Positions 49,624 to 58,600 of a stretch of DNA of 64,000 nucleotides are shown one piece after another (the stretch's first letter is position 1; each line of letters opens with the position of its first letter). The stretch is from an uncultured Eubacteriales bacterium (GTDB lineage Bacteria > Bacillota > Clostridia > Christensenellales > CAG-138). The notes beneath the pieces are model-generated. The model did not search any database. It was not told where the DNA came from and was given only the letters and a program-made list of their open reading frames with translations. Both the position numbers and the translations under genes were made by a program. The stretch is from assembly GCA_900544965.1 (NCBI GenBank), contig UQXE01000003.1:15120-79119 (forward strand), given 5' to 3'.

Positions 49624-49696
49624 TGTATATATTGTGTGTCGTCGTTTTTTGTTAACTCCATTTTGCCAAACGCCTTATAACGGCTTATATAGAGCG

Positions 49697-50305
49697 TCAA
49701 TCGTCAGTTGCGCCGCCTTCGTACTCTTCCCCAAGCATGCTCATATCCGGGGTTGGCTTTTCCTCAACCGGAGGGTTTTCCTCAATGGTCTTAATTGAGG
49801 TGATCAGCCAGCGGTCGTCAATGTACTCAAGCGTGAATTCATATCGGGCGTCAATCCATTTGGGCGGGCCTTCCTTGCTGTCCGCGCTCTCATTGCTGGT
49901 TCCCGATATAGAAGGGATTCTTTCCAGTACGGTCATAGACCCCTTATTCGACCATGGCAACACGAAGACGCTTTCAACCGATAGACGATAGTCGTAATTT
50001 GTAATTGTCCAGGGCTCATATGGATTTCCTCCAAGCGGCTCCTCCTGGGTATTATAGTTCAACAGCGCATCCTGCTTTAAATAATCTTCGGTAAAAAATT
50101 TTGTGAGCTCCAGCTTGGGCCCGTTTTGCAGTATGCATTCGGCGCGAAGCTCCATGCCCTCCGTTACGACTATGTACATGTTGCTTATATAAAGCGCGGT
50201 AATCGTAATTCCGACGGCAAGCGTAGCGACAAATACAAGCATCAGCGCGCACTTGAGGAAGTACCATACACTGCGCCTGGCTAAAACATATTTGTTTCTG
50301 GGCAT
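49697..50305 (-). CDS. Hypothetical membrane-anchored protein
   Basis: Start set at MPRNKYVLARR (ATG at 50305), preceded by GGAGGCGTAT. It has one N-terminal TM helix and no recognisable motif. Confidence 0.5.
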   Translation of the reverse strand: MPRNKYVLARRSVWYFLKCALMLVFVATLAVGITITALYISNMYIVVTEGMELRAECILQNGPKLELTKFFTEDYLKQDALLNYNTQEEPLGGNPYEPWTITNYDYRLSVESVFVLPWSNKGSMTVLERIPSISGTSNESADSKEGPPKWIDARYEFTLEYIDDRWLITSIKTIEENPPVEEKPTPDMSMLGEEYEGGATDD

Positions 50306-50440
50306 ATACGCCTCCTTAAGTTCATCGGATGGAACGCGGCTGCACAGCTCAGGCAAAAATGCCGCAAATCCTTGCGTTATAATAACATATTGAGATGTGT
50401 GTTGCAACAAGGCGGGGTTTTACGGGCGCCTCAATATGGC

Positions 50441-51136
50441 TTATTCCCATTCCCAGTCAAAATAATCGCATATTCCATCAGCAATCGCGGTTGCCAGCGT
50501 CTTATGGTAGTCGCTGCTTTGCAGCAGGAGTTCTTCGTCAGGGTTTGTTATGAACCCGCATTCTACTAGCACGGCAGGCATTGGGGCGGCGCTTAGGACA
50601 TACAGACTGTCGCTGCTGATCTGGCGCGTGCCGCTCGTAATCTCGTTCATTTGCTCCTGAATCCGCGAAGCAAACGCCTTTGACACCCGGGAACCCTCCT
50701 GATAGAACACCTGGGGCCCCCATACCGAGCTGTCGTCAGGGAACGCGTTCATATGTATGCTTACAAGGGCCGCGCAGCCGCTGCCGTTAATCAGCGTTCG
50801 CCGCTGGGCCATATCCTCTTCCTTTGTGTCCCCTATCGCCCCGTATCCGGCGCGCGTCATCTTTGTGGGGATGCCGCGCGCGTTTAATTCATCGACAAGC
50901 GCCTGAGCCATTCTCAAGTTCATATCCGATTCAAGCGCGCCTGTATTTGGCGCTATGGCGCCTGGATCCGCTCCGCCGTGGCCAGGGTCGATTACAACCC
51001 CGTCGGCCAGATCGAACTCGCCGCCCGAGCCTGAGGTTTCGTTTATTATGAGAACCGCCGCCATTACTAGCGCGGCTGCAAGCAGGATTATCCCTACGAT
51101 CAATAGTGATTGAGCGTAGTATGCCTTTTTGTTCAA
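50441..51136 (-). CDS. cwlD: N-acetylmuramoyl-L-alanine amidase, CwlD-like (Amidase_3)
   Basis: 231 aa. TM anchor, then VIDPGHGGADPGA ... SIHMNAF ... AVLVECGFITNPDE. Confidence 0.8.
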   Translation of the reverse strand: MNKKAYYAQSLLIVGIILLAAALVMAAVLIINETSGSGGEFDLADGVVIDPGHGGADPGAIAPNTGALESDMNLRMAQALVDELNARGIPTKMTRAGYGAIGDTKEEDMAQRRTLINGSGCAALVSIHMNAFPDDSSVWGPQVFYQEGSRVSKAFASRIQEQMNEITSGTRQISSDSLYVLSAAPMPAVLVECGFITNPDEELLLQSSDYHKTLATAIADGICDYFDWEWE

Positions 51137-51342
51137 TTCGGCTCCTTTCCTGGAGTCAGGCAGTAGTTTGACGCTGCTCTAATAGCCCATGATAGCGCAA
51201 TCCTTCCCCAATACGTAACATGATTATTATAACATGGATTTATCCTATTCGTTTTAGAAAATTCGCTCCAAATCTATAAAATTTTAGAATAGGCTTTTCC
51301 AGCATGCTATAAAGGCAATACTTAAGCGCGTCTGGCCGGGAT

Positions 51343-51882
51343 TTAAACACTGCGGCCAAACTCATAAGCCGCCTGCGGATATCTGGAGTTCTCCATATCG
51401 GCGCGCACCGACATGCCCGACGCCAAAATATGCCCGCGGTCCTCCCACTTTAGATATCTCAGCATAGTGCTGTAATGGAGCTTAAGGCTGTCCATCGCCC
51501 ACTCATCCGTGTCCGCGCAGGTTGCTAACAGTACGGCTTTTTTCGGGGTGCTCCTGAGCAGGGCGTTAACCGAGTAAAACCTGTCTATTACAGCCTTTAG
51601 CTGGGCTGACATGCCAAAATAATATAATGGGGTGACGAACGCTACCATATCCGCGCTCACGAGGGCGTCCGCAATCTCCCGCATGTCATCCTTATGTACA
51701 CAGCCGCAGCCCTCCGCCCTTGGGCAGCTTTCGCAGCCAAGGCATGGCTTTATATTCATAAATGCAGCGTCAAACCGGCGAACGCTGTGGCCCCCGTCCC
51801 GCGCCCCCAGCGCAAACCTATCCGCCAGCATAGAAGACGTACCCCTTCTATGCGGGCTTCCAGTAATAAGAAGAATATTCAT
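51343..51882 (-). CDS. Flavodoxin-like NAD(P)H-dependent FMN reductase / iron-sulfur flavoprotein
   Basis: Start at MNILLITGSPHRRGTS (GGAGG upstream). Cysteine cluster CLGCESCPRAEGCGC. Confidence 0.7.
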   Translation of the reverse strand: MNILLITGSPHRRGTSSMLADRFALGARDGGHSVRRFDAAFMNIKPCLGCESCPRAEGCGCVHKDDMREIADALVSADMVAFVTPLYYFGMSAQLKAVIDRFYSVNALLRSTPKKAVLLATCADTDEWAMDSLKLHYSTMLRYLKWEDRGHILASGMSVRADMENSRYPQAAYEFGRSV

Positions 51883-52365
51883 AGTTACCTCCAATCGGCC
51901 TGGCGAAATGTGCCTTATGATGATTTTATCATATTTGTCAACAAAATCGTATTTTAACCGTTCTTGAGCTGCGGATGCATTCTTTTAGGCTTTTAGATGC
52001 GTTTCGTCTTTGCTCAGCTCCATTTTACAGGTTGGACATTATGGGCACGGAGTAAAGCATAGGGTGAGTTATATTGAAGGACGCACGGGACGGTTATTGA
52101 AGGCGCTTAAATGCACAAGCAGGCCTTTGCGTCGAAGCCGGCAATCGAATGGAATTGATTATACAATATTTCAGAGTGTAGCAACCGGGGAATTGCCGGT
52201 ACTTCATGTCTTGTTTTACAGCGGCTGCCATTTAGGGATTTGCACTTTCTTTGGGCCATTGTTTTGCCTTCATAAACCTTTAATAGCCGATTTGCGCAAA
52301 TTCATCTTCTCTTTTCGTCATATATGTAATCCCACAGCATGTGTAGAAAAACGCCGGTTTCAGTA

Positions 52366-52394
52366 TTGACACGGTGATTTCGCTTTGCTATAAT
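52366..52394 (+). promoter_or_regulatory. Consensus sigma-A promoter of the tRNA-Ser operon
   Basis: TTGACA (52366-52371), a 17-nt spacer, then TATAAT (52389-52394), about 25 nt before the first tRNA. Confidence 0.65.
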
Positions 52395-52418
52395 GCAAAT
52401 GTTGCAGTCAAACCGCGT

Positions 52419-52507
52419 GGAGAGATGTCCGAGTGGTTTATGGAGCTGGTCTTGAAAACCAGTGATGTCGCAAGGCACCGGGGGTTCGAATCCCTCTCTC
52501 TCCGCCA
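52419..52507 (+). tRNA. tRNA-Ser (anticodon UGA), CCA encoded
   Basis: Acceptor GGAGAGA/TCTCTCC. Anticodon stem CTGGT/ACCAG with loop CTTGAAA. Long variable arm. TTCGAAT T-loop. Confidence 0.9.
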
Positions 52508-52555
52508 TTTCTGCCACGACGCGCAATTAAAAACATTGAATCGATGGTTTACCGT

Positions 52556-52647
52556 GGAGAAGTACCCAAGTGGCTGAAGGGGCTCCCCTGCTAAGGGAGT
52601 AGGCTGGGGTGACTGGCGCGAGGGTTCAAATCCCTCCTTCTCCGCCA
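52556..52647 (+). tRNA. tRNA-Ser (anticodon GCU), CCA encoded
   Basis: Acceptor GGAGAAG/CTTCTCC. Anticodon stem CTCCC/GGGAG with loop CTGCTAA. Long variable arm. TTCAAAT T-loop. Confidence 0.9.
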
Positions 52648-52648
52648 A

Positions 52649-52679
52649 CCCGCAGAGTTTAAGGCTTTGCGGGTTTTTT
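52649..52679 (+). terminator. Rho-independent terminator after the tRNA operon
   Basis: CCCGCA ... TGCGGG stem followed by TTTTTT. Confidence 0.7.
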
Positions 52680-52926
52680 GTTATACTTTGGCGGGTAATA
52701 AAAATGGCGTGAGAATTTGTAAAACTGCGTGCTATTGCCAACAGCTTGTTAAACCCTCATGACCGCACTTCGATACGCCAACATCATGAAGCCGTTCGCA
52801 TGGTTGTCTCGCTTAAAAAGCATGAAAGCGCTCAGGCTAAAAGCAACCGGCACGGCCTTATCAATGACACGATATACACGCTAACAGTGACTCCTGCATA
52901 TTATACCGTACCATAGAAATGAAAGG

Positions 52927-54790
52927 ATGGTATATATAATGGAATCACCAAAAAACGATGTCAAATCGGTACTGACGGTACTGCCGATAGGCCAGGGCGC
53001 CTGCAACCTGGTTGAGGTGTATGATAACTCAAATAAATTAGTCTTTTTGGGCATGGTGGATTGCGGGAATAAAACTAACGAACAGGCGTTTAGTGTTGCT
53101 GGCTACAGCGTAGGGTTAAAATCAAATGTTGAGGCTTCGTTTGATTATATAGCACAAAAAATGCTGGGAGCACTCAAGAAATAAAATACAACCTGCTTTT
53201 GGATTTATTTATTCTGACTCATCAGGATGGAGACCACTGGATCCTGCTGGAAAAAATGTTTGAGCACGTTAAGGGATACGTGTGTTATAAAAACCCCACA
53301 ACTGAAAATACCGACAAAAGTTTGTATTGCGAGGAAGAAAAAAATATAGAAAAATCACTGGTTAAATATAAAATTCTATATAAATTGGAATATGATAAAA
53401 AAAGCGGTCAATCATATTCATATTTTGTGTTTATTGACAATTATATAATGAAAGTATTTTTTCAAAAAACTGGCACTAAAACCGAATTAATTTATGAAAA
53501 TGGAAGTGTAAAACTTACAAGAAGTTGTAATAAAGATGGTGAAGTCATTAAGTTGAACGGAAAAATTATTGATAATGTACCAAATGAATATGCGCAAATT
53601 ATATGTTATTTTGACATGTTGCAAAATAACATCAATTATACAAAAGAACATGTTGAATCTGAACTGAATAAGGGTTCTAAAGTTGAACCTTTTATTACAA
53701 ACTTTTTGAAAGGCGGGGACGAATACACAAAAAAAGCGGCAGATTTTTCTAAAGAATTTTCATGGCATTTATCTAAAACGACAAATTGGATTGCTCCAAC
53801 CAATAAATACAAAGAGAACATATTTGAAAATGGTTATGTAAGTATAGATCTGTTATGCGGTACTGTTAGAGGGAAATCTAATAGTAAAAGTCTAGAAAAA
53901 CTGCCAGTTGACAGAGCAAGAGACTACAATAAAAAAAATGCAACTTCCGCCGTTACACTGTGGACCATCGGGAACACAAAGTACCTCTTCCCAGGCGACG
54001 CCACTGTGCATACGATGATGCATTTGAATAATTTGGACAATATAAACAATCACACTAACGCCATAATGACAGCGCCGCACCATGGCTCTGATAATTCATC
54101 AGATCAGCATCGCCGGAGACCAAGTATCAAGGCGACTGGGGAATCTACAGGGAATTTCTGGATAACTATAAACCCAGCGCCGTAACCATAAGCGCGGGAC
54201 GGAACTACGGGTTTGGCCATCCAGGGCCGGAGTTTGTAAAGGCGACGGATTGTTATTTTAATAATACAGGCGCAAACGAGCACATAATATACACGTGTAT
54301 TGGCGAATACGACAAAACAAAATACTATGGCCTATATCAGACTAGCTCGCCGATTTACAGTACACTGCAATATGACAAGAACGAGAAAAAGGTTTACTTT
54401 CAGCGCTTGCATTTCACTAATGACATAATTTCGGATTATACAATAGTAAACGATACGAAAATTGCATGCCGGTGCAATCCAAATCTTTCGAACTATCTCA
54501 AGCTAGATGTGGGAAGCTGCACAGGATGTTCGCCCAAGTTTATTGATGAATCAAGCAGCTCTTTGAATTGGTTCTGCAAATATATATGCGAAAGCACAAT
54601 GGCTAAAGATGAAAATACAGAGGACGACAAGAGCGCCTCTTCAACAGAAACTAGGGGTTGTTTTCCCGATGAGTGCATTGAAGAAGAGGAAGAGGAAGAG
54701 GTAGAAATGAAGGGAGCTGCCAAAGAGCGGTCAAATCATAAACCCATGAGCGAAATGCCCAGGCCGGTCAAGAGGCGAAGAACCGAATAG
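52927..54790 (+). pseudogene. MBL-fold (ComEC/Rec2-like metallo-beta-lactamase domain) protein, split over three reading frames
   Basis: Fragment 1 has VLPIGQGACNLVEV ... MVDCGN. Fragment 2 has LFILTHQDGDHW ... FPGDAT ... TAPHHGSDNS. Fragment 3 (open from 54095) has PSAVTISAGRNYGFGHPGPEFV and runs to a poly-Glu and KRRR tail. The frame changes near 53155-53185 and near 54095-54112. Confidence 0.6.
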
Positions 54791-54870
54791 ATACAAAATT
54801 TAAGGGGGGGGGATCGCTCCCCCTCTTTTTTATTTATTGTCAGAATTTTGCCGGTCTATACACAGATAAT

Positions 54871-55059
54871 GTGTATAATAAAAATAAAAGGAGGGCGCAA
54901 ACCATAAAGCTGCTTGAAAATAACGGATGGTGGCACAAGCGGGAGTGCGGCAGCCATGACATCTATACCAACGGGACAGATTGTAAACCAATATCAAGGC
55001 ATAGAGAGATTAAGGAGGCGGTTGCAAAAACAATAATTAAAAGGCGGGGCTTGAAATAG
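54871..55059 (+). CDS. hicA: HicA-family mRNA interferase toxin
   Basis: IKLLENNGWWHKRECGSHDIYTNG ... ISRHREIKEAVAKTIIKRRGL fits the HicA pattern (GW...GSH...H.EI). The start is ambiguous. The only in-frame start is GTG at 54871, which lies inside a TATAAT-like box. The AGGAGG RBS is followed by ATA at 54904. Confidence 0.7.
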   Translation: MYNKNKRRAQTIKLLENNGWWHKRECGSHDIYTNGTDCKPISRHREIKEAVAKTIIKRRGLK

Positions 55060-55111
55060 TCCCGTCCCAAAACAATATGAATATAGGAAACAGCAAGGAG
55101 GCAATGAGTAA

Positions 55112-55423
55112 ATGAAGTTAGTTTATCCGGTAGTATTTACTGGACTTGATGACGGCTATATGGCATATGTGCCGGACTTGGAAATAAATACGCAAGGTAA
55201 CGGCCTTGCGGAAGCGATCGAAATGGCGCGCGATGCCATTGGTATTATGGGCATTGATATGGAGGATGATAATAAGCCCATTCCGGAACCGTCTGACTTA
55301 TCACAGATTTTTTATGGAATGAATGAAATAGTATCTATTATAGATATTGATTTAACAGCGTATAGGCGTGCAAACGAGCAGCGAACAGTACGGCGAAATG
55401 TATCCCTCTGCCCTCCTGGCTAA
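55112..55423 (+). CDS. hicB: HicB-family antitoxin, N-terminal domain only (C-terminal RHH part is in another frame up to 55503)
   Basis: MKLVYPVVFTGLDDGYMAYVPDLEINTQGNGLAEAIEMARDAI is the HicB N-terminal fold. The shifted frame continues as LPSWLNVEAEKAGINVSAVLQTALKKEL, a ribbon-helix-helix-type tail. Confidence 0.7.
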   Translation: MKLVYPVVFTGLDDGYMAYVPDLEINTQGNGLAEAIEMARDAIGIMGIDMEDDNKPIPEPSDLSQIFYGMNEIVSIIDIDLTAYRRANEQRTVRRNVSLCPPG

Positions 55424-55505
55424 ATGTCGAGGCTGAAAAAGCGGGAATTAATGTTTCAGCAGTGCTTCAGACGGCATTAAAAAAGGAGCTTCATATGGAA
55501 TAAGG

Positions 55506-55528
55506 AAAGGGCGGCATACTCGCCCTTT
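55506..55528 (+). terminator. Hairpin after hicB
   Basis: AAAGGGCG gcatact CGCCCTTT followed by ATAAAAT. The T tract is weak. Confidence 0.4.
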
Positions 55529-55617
55529 ATAAAATAACTTTAGCTTGCGCAGCTATTACTACTCTATTACCACTTGCAAGATCAAAAGCCTTTAATTATA
55601 AATGTTTGATTCACCCT

Positions 55618-55668
55618 TGCTAAGGGAGTAGGCTAGGGGGACTGGCGCGAGGGTTCAAATCCCTCCTT
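55618..55668 (+). repeat. Partial tRNA-Ser(GCU) copy (anticodon loop to 3' side of the T-arm); putative att remnant
   Basis: TGCTAAGGGAGTAGGCTaGGGgGACTGGCGCGAGGGTTCAAATCCCTCCTT matches 52589-52639 at 49 of 51 positions. It is flanked on both sides by CCTTGCTAAG (55615-55624 and 55665-55674). Confidence 0.8.
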
Positions 55669-55694
55669 GCTAAGATTGTTTTATCTGGATTTAT

Positions 55695-58600
55695 ATTTCA
55701 ATCCACGCACCCCACACGGGGTGCGACCACTCGTCACTGTCGTTTTACCGCTGCTGCCAATATTTCAATCCACGCACCCACACGGGGTGCGACTTGAGCC
55801 GTCCTATTCAATCCACGCACCTGACTGATTTCAATCCACGCACCCACACGGGGTGCGACCATCAATGCGGGCGTACGCATGTCAAGTCGCAGTATTTCAA
55901 TCCACGCACCCCACACGGGGTGCGACGTTGTACCCATAGTTGTGTCATAATATACCCATAATTATTTCAATCCACGCACCCCACACGGGGTGCGACTCCG
56001 CAAAGATATAACGATTGATTCATCTTTAGCTATTTCAATCCACGCACCCCACACGGGGTGCGACTGCGCGACATAATCCAAAAGACATGCATAGTACCCG
56101 AATTTCAATCCACGCACCCCACACGGGGTGCGACCGGCATGCCGCGTGGGAGGCCGTAATGGACAAATGCATTTCAATCCACGCACCCCACACGAGGTGC
56201 GACAGGATATCGGCTTAAATTGGATTTTACAGAGGTAATTTCAATCCACGCACCCCACACGGGGTGCGACGGCACTCAGCCTTACCATTGCGGCCAGGCT
56301 GAGATATTTCAATCCACGCACCCACACGGGGTGCGACCCAACAACCCCGACTTAGCCATAAAAACATTTACATTTCAATCCACGCACCCACATGGGGTGC
56401 GACCTTGCGTACAATATCGTGCATAGCTGGTCAGATGCTATTTCAATCCACGCACCCACATGGGGTGCGACCCATCCCCGTGGAGCAGGCGCGGGAGTTG
56501 GTACAAGGCATTTCAATCTATGCACCCACACGGGGTGCGACGGTGATTATATCACATGCCTCTAGAGATTGCAAATCATTTCAATCCACGCACCCACACG
56601 GGGTGCGACCTTCTGGACCGCTTGAATAATAGATATAGGGTCCCATTTCAATCCACGCACCCCACACGGGGTGCGACAGAACAACACATACAGGCTTAAT
56701 GCAATCGACAAAAAATTTCAATCCACGCACCCACATGGGGTGCGACGCGCATCCCCACGTATGGGGGCAAGCTCGTCGAATTTCAATCCACGCACCCACA
56801 TGGGGTGCGACAATTTAAGTGATATGCGCAAAGCTGATGCGATGGATTTCAATCCACGCACCCACATGGGGTGCGACACGCACTGTATTGCGGCTACCCC
56901 GCGTCACTCGACATTTCAATCCACGCACCCACATGGGGTGCGACCCCTTTCATCGTGGACAGCCACTCTAATGCTTTGAATTTCAATCCACGCACCCACA
57001 TGGGGTGCGACGGGGCGTTTTTCGCCCCTCTGGTGCATATTTTGCCAATTTCAATCCACGCACCCACATGGGGTGCGACAATTTAAGTGATATGCGCAAA
57101 GCTGATGCGATGGATTTCAATCCACGCACCCACATGGGGTGCGACAGCGGGCGCGTAGTTGATATCTACGCGCCTGTCAATTTCAATCCACGCACCCACA
57201 TGGGGTGCGACGAGGCCAACACGGGGGATAAGGTGTTTTTGGCGGATTTCAATCCACGCACCCACATGGGGTGCGACGCTTTAGCGTTAATAAGGTCTTA
57301 GTGATCGCACCGAATTTCAATCCACGCACCCACATGGGGTGCGACACCTAATGGCCGACGCAAGTTTAATGATAAGCGCCATTTCAATCCACGCACCCAC
57401 ATGGGGTGCGACGGTTTTACCGCTCCGCTAAATCGCCAGCGCAGGCAATTTCAATCCACGCACCCACATGGGGTGCGACTTACATAGCTAACGAGGGATT
57501 GAGTATCCTTGAATTTCAATCCACGCACCCACATGGGGTGCGACAGACAGGAGGCCGCAAAATCCAGCCTTGCCAAATATATTTCAATCCACGCACCCAC
57601 ATGGGGTGCGACGCTTTGTGACTGTCACAATCTGTCACAACTGTCACATTTCAATCCACGCACCCACATGGGGTGCGACATAAGTTCTCCTGGTCGCAAT
57701 CCCGTTGCGACCAATTTCAATCCACGCACCCACATGGGGTGCGACCGGTAAAACTTGTATGTTCTGCCTTCAGCGTTAACATTTCAATCCACGCACCCCA
57801 CACGGGGTGCGACCAACGCTATATTGCTCTGTGACCTCGGGCAGCATATTTCAATCCACGCACCCCACACGGGGTGCGACCGCCTAATCCCTGCGCCTTC
57901 AAGGCGGTAACAGAATTTCAATCCACGCACCCCACACGGGGTGCGACGGGATTTGCCAGCCATTCGGCTCGCTCTCATCTCCTATTTCAATCCACGCACC
58001 CCACACGGGGTGCGACATGTATAGATGATTTGGTGAAAGAGGCTTAATATATTTCAATCCACGCACCCCACACGGGGTGCGACCACAATGGCCGCAAGTA
58101 CCAGGCGCAGCCAAGATAATTTCAATCCACGCACCCCACACGGGGTGCGACGTCCGGCAGAGCGTCGGAGGCTATTATCACAACAGATTTCAATCCACGC
58201 ACCCCACACGGGGTGCGACTCCGATATTCCAATCGGCCACAATCTTTTTAACATTTCAATCCACGCACCCCACACGGGGTGCGACGGAGGATAGATATGT
58301 TTATCAGGAGACTATATTAATTTCAATCCACGCACCCCACACGGGGTGCGACTCTGTGATACGGTTGGCTCCGGCATACTTATAAAATTTCAATCCACGC
58401 ACCCCACACGGGGTGCGACTCTGTTGCAACCAAATTTCAGCTATCTCCTTTTGAATTTCAATCCACGCACCCCACACGGGGTGCGACTTCAAAATAGCCT
58501 AGAACTCTAATGCACGAGCCGATTTCAATCCACGCACCCCACACGGGGTGCGACGAAAATGTAGCCTCTGACCTGATGGACAACTTCCCAATTTCAATCC

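Larger units (their letters stand above)
52648..55674. mobile_element. Decayed tRNA-Ser(GCU)-associated integrative islet (about 3 kb, AT-rich, no integrase)
   Basis: Bounded by the intact tRNA and by a 51-nt copy (2 mismatches) of tRNA positions 52589-52639 at 55618-55668. The interior is clearly AT-richer and carries frameshifted genes. Confidence 0.5.

Noticed and set aside
51895-52365. About 470 nt of non-coding DNA upstream of the tRNA promoter, considered as a possible RNA gene.
   Set aside because: I could not recognise any conserved RNA motif, promoter-terminator pair or ORF. It is left unannotated.
52010-52741. ORFs 52010-52369, 52302-52526, 52374-52577 and 52388-52741.
   Set aside because: They overlap the tRNA-Ser genes or their promoter region and are spurious.
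52648-55674. Integrase/recombinase gene expected in a tRNA-flanked islet.
   Set aside because: None of the six frames shows tyrosine- or serine-recombinase sequence. I therefore call the islet decayed rather than an active element.
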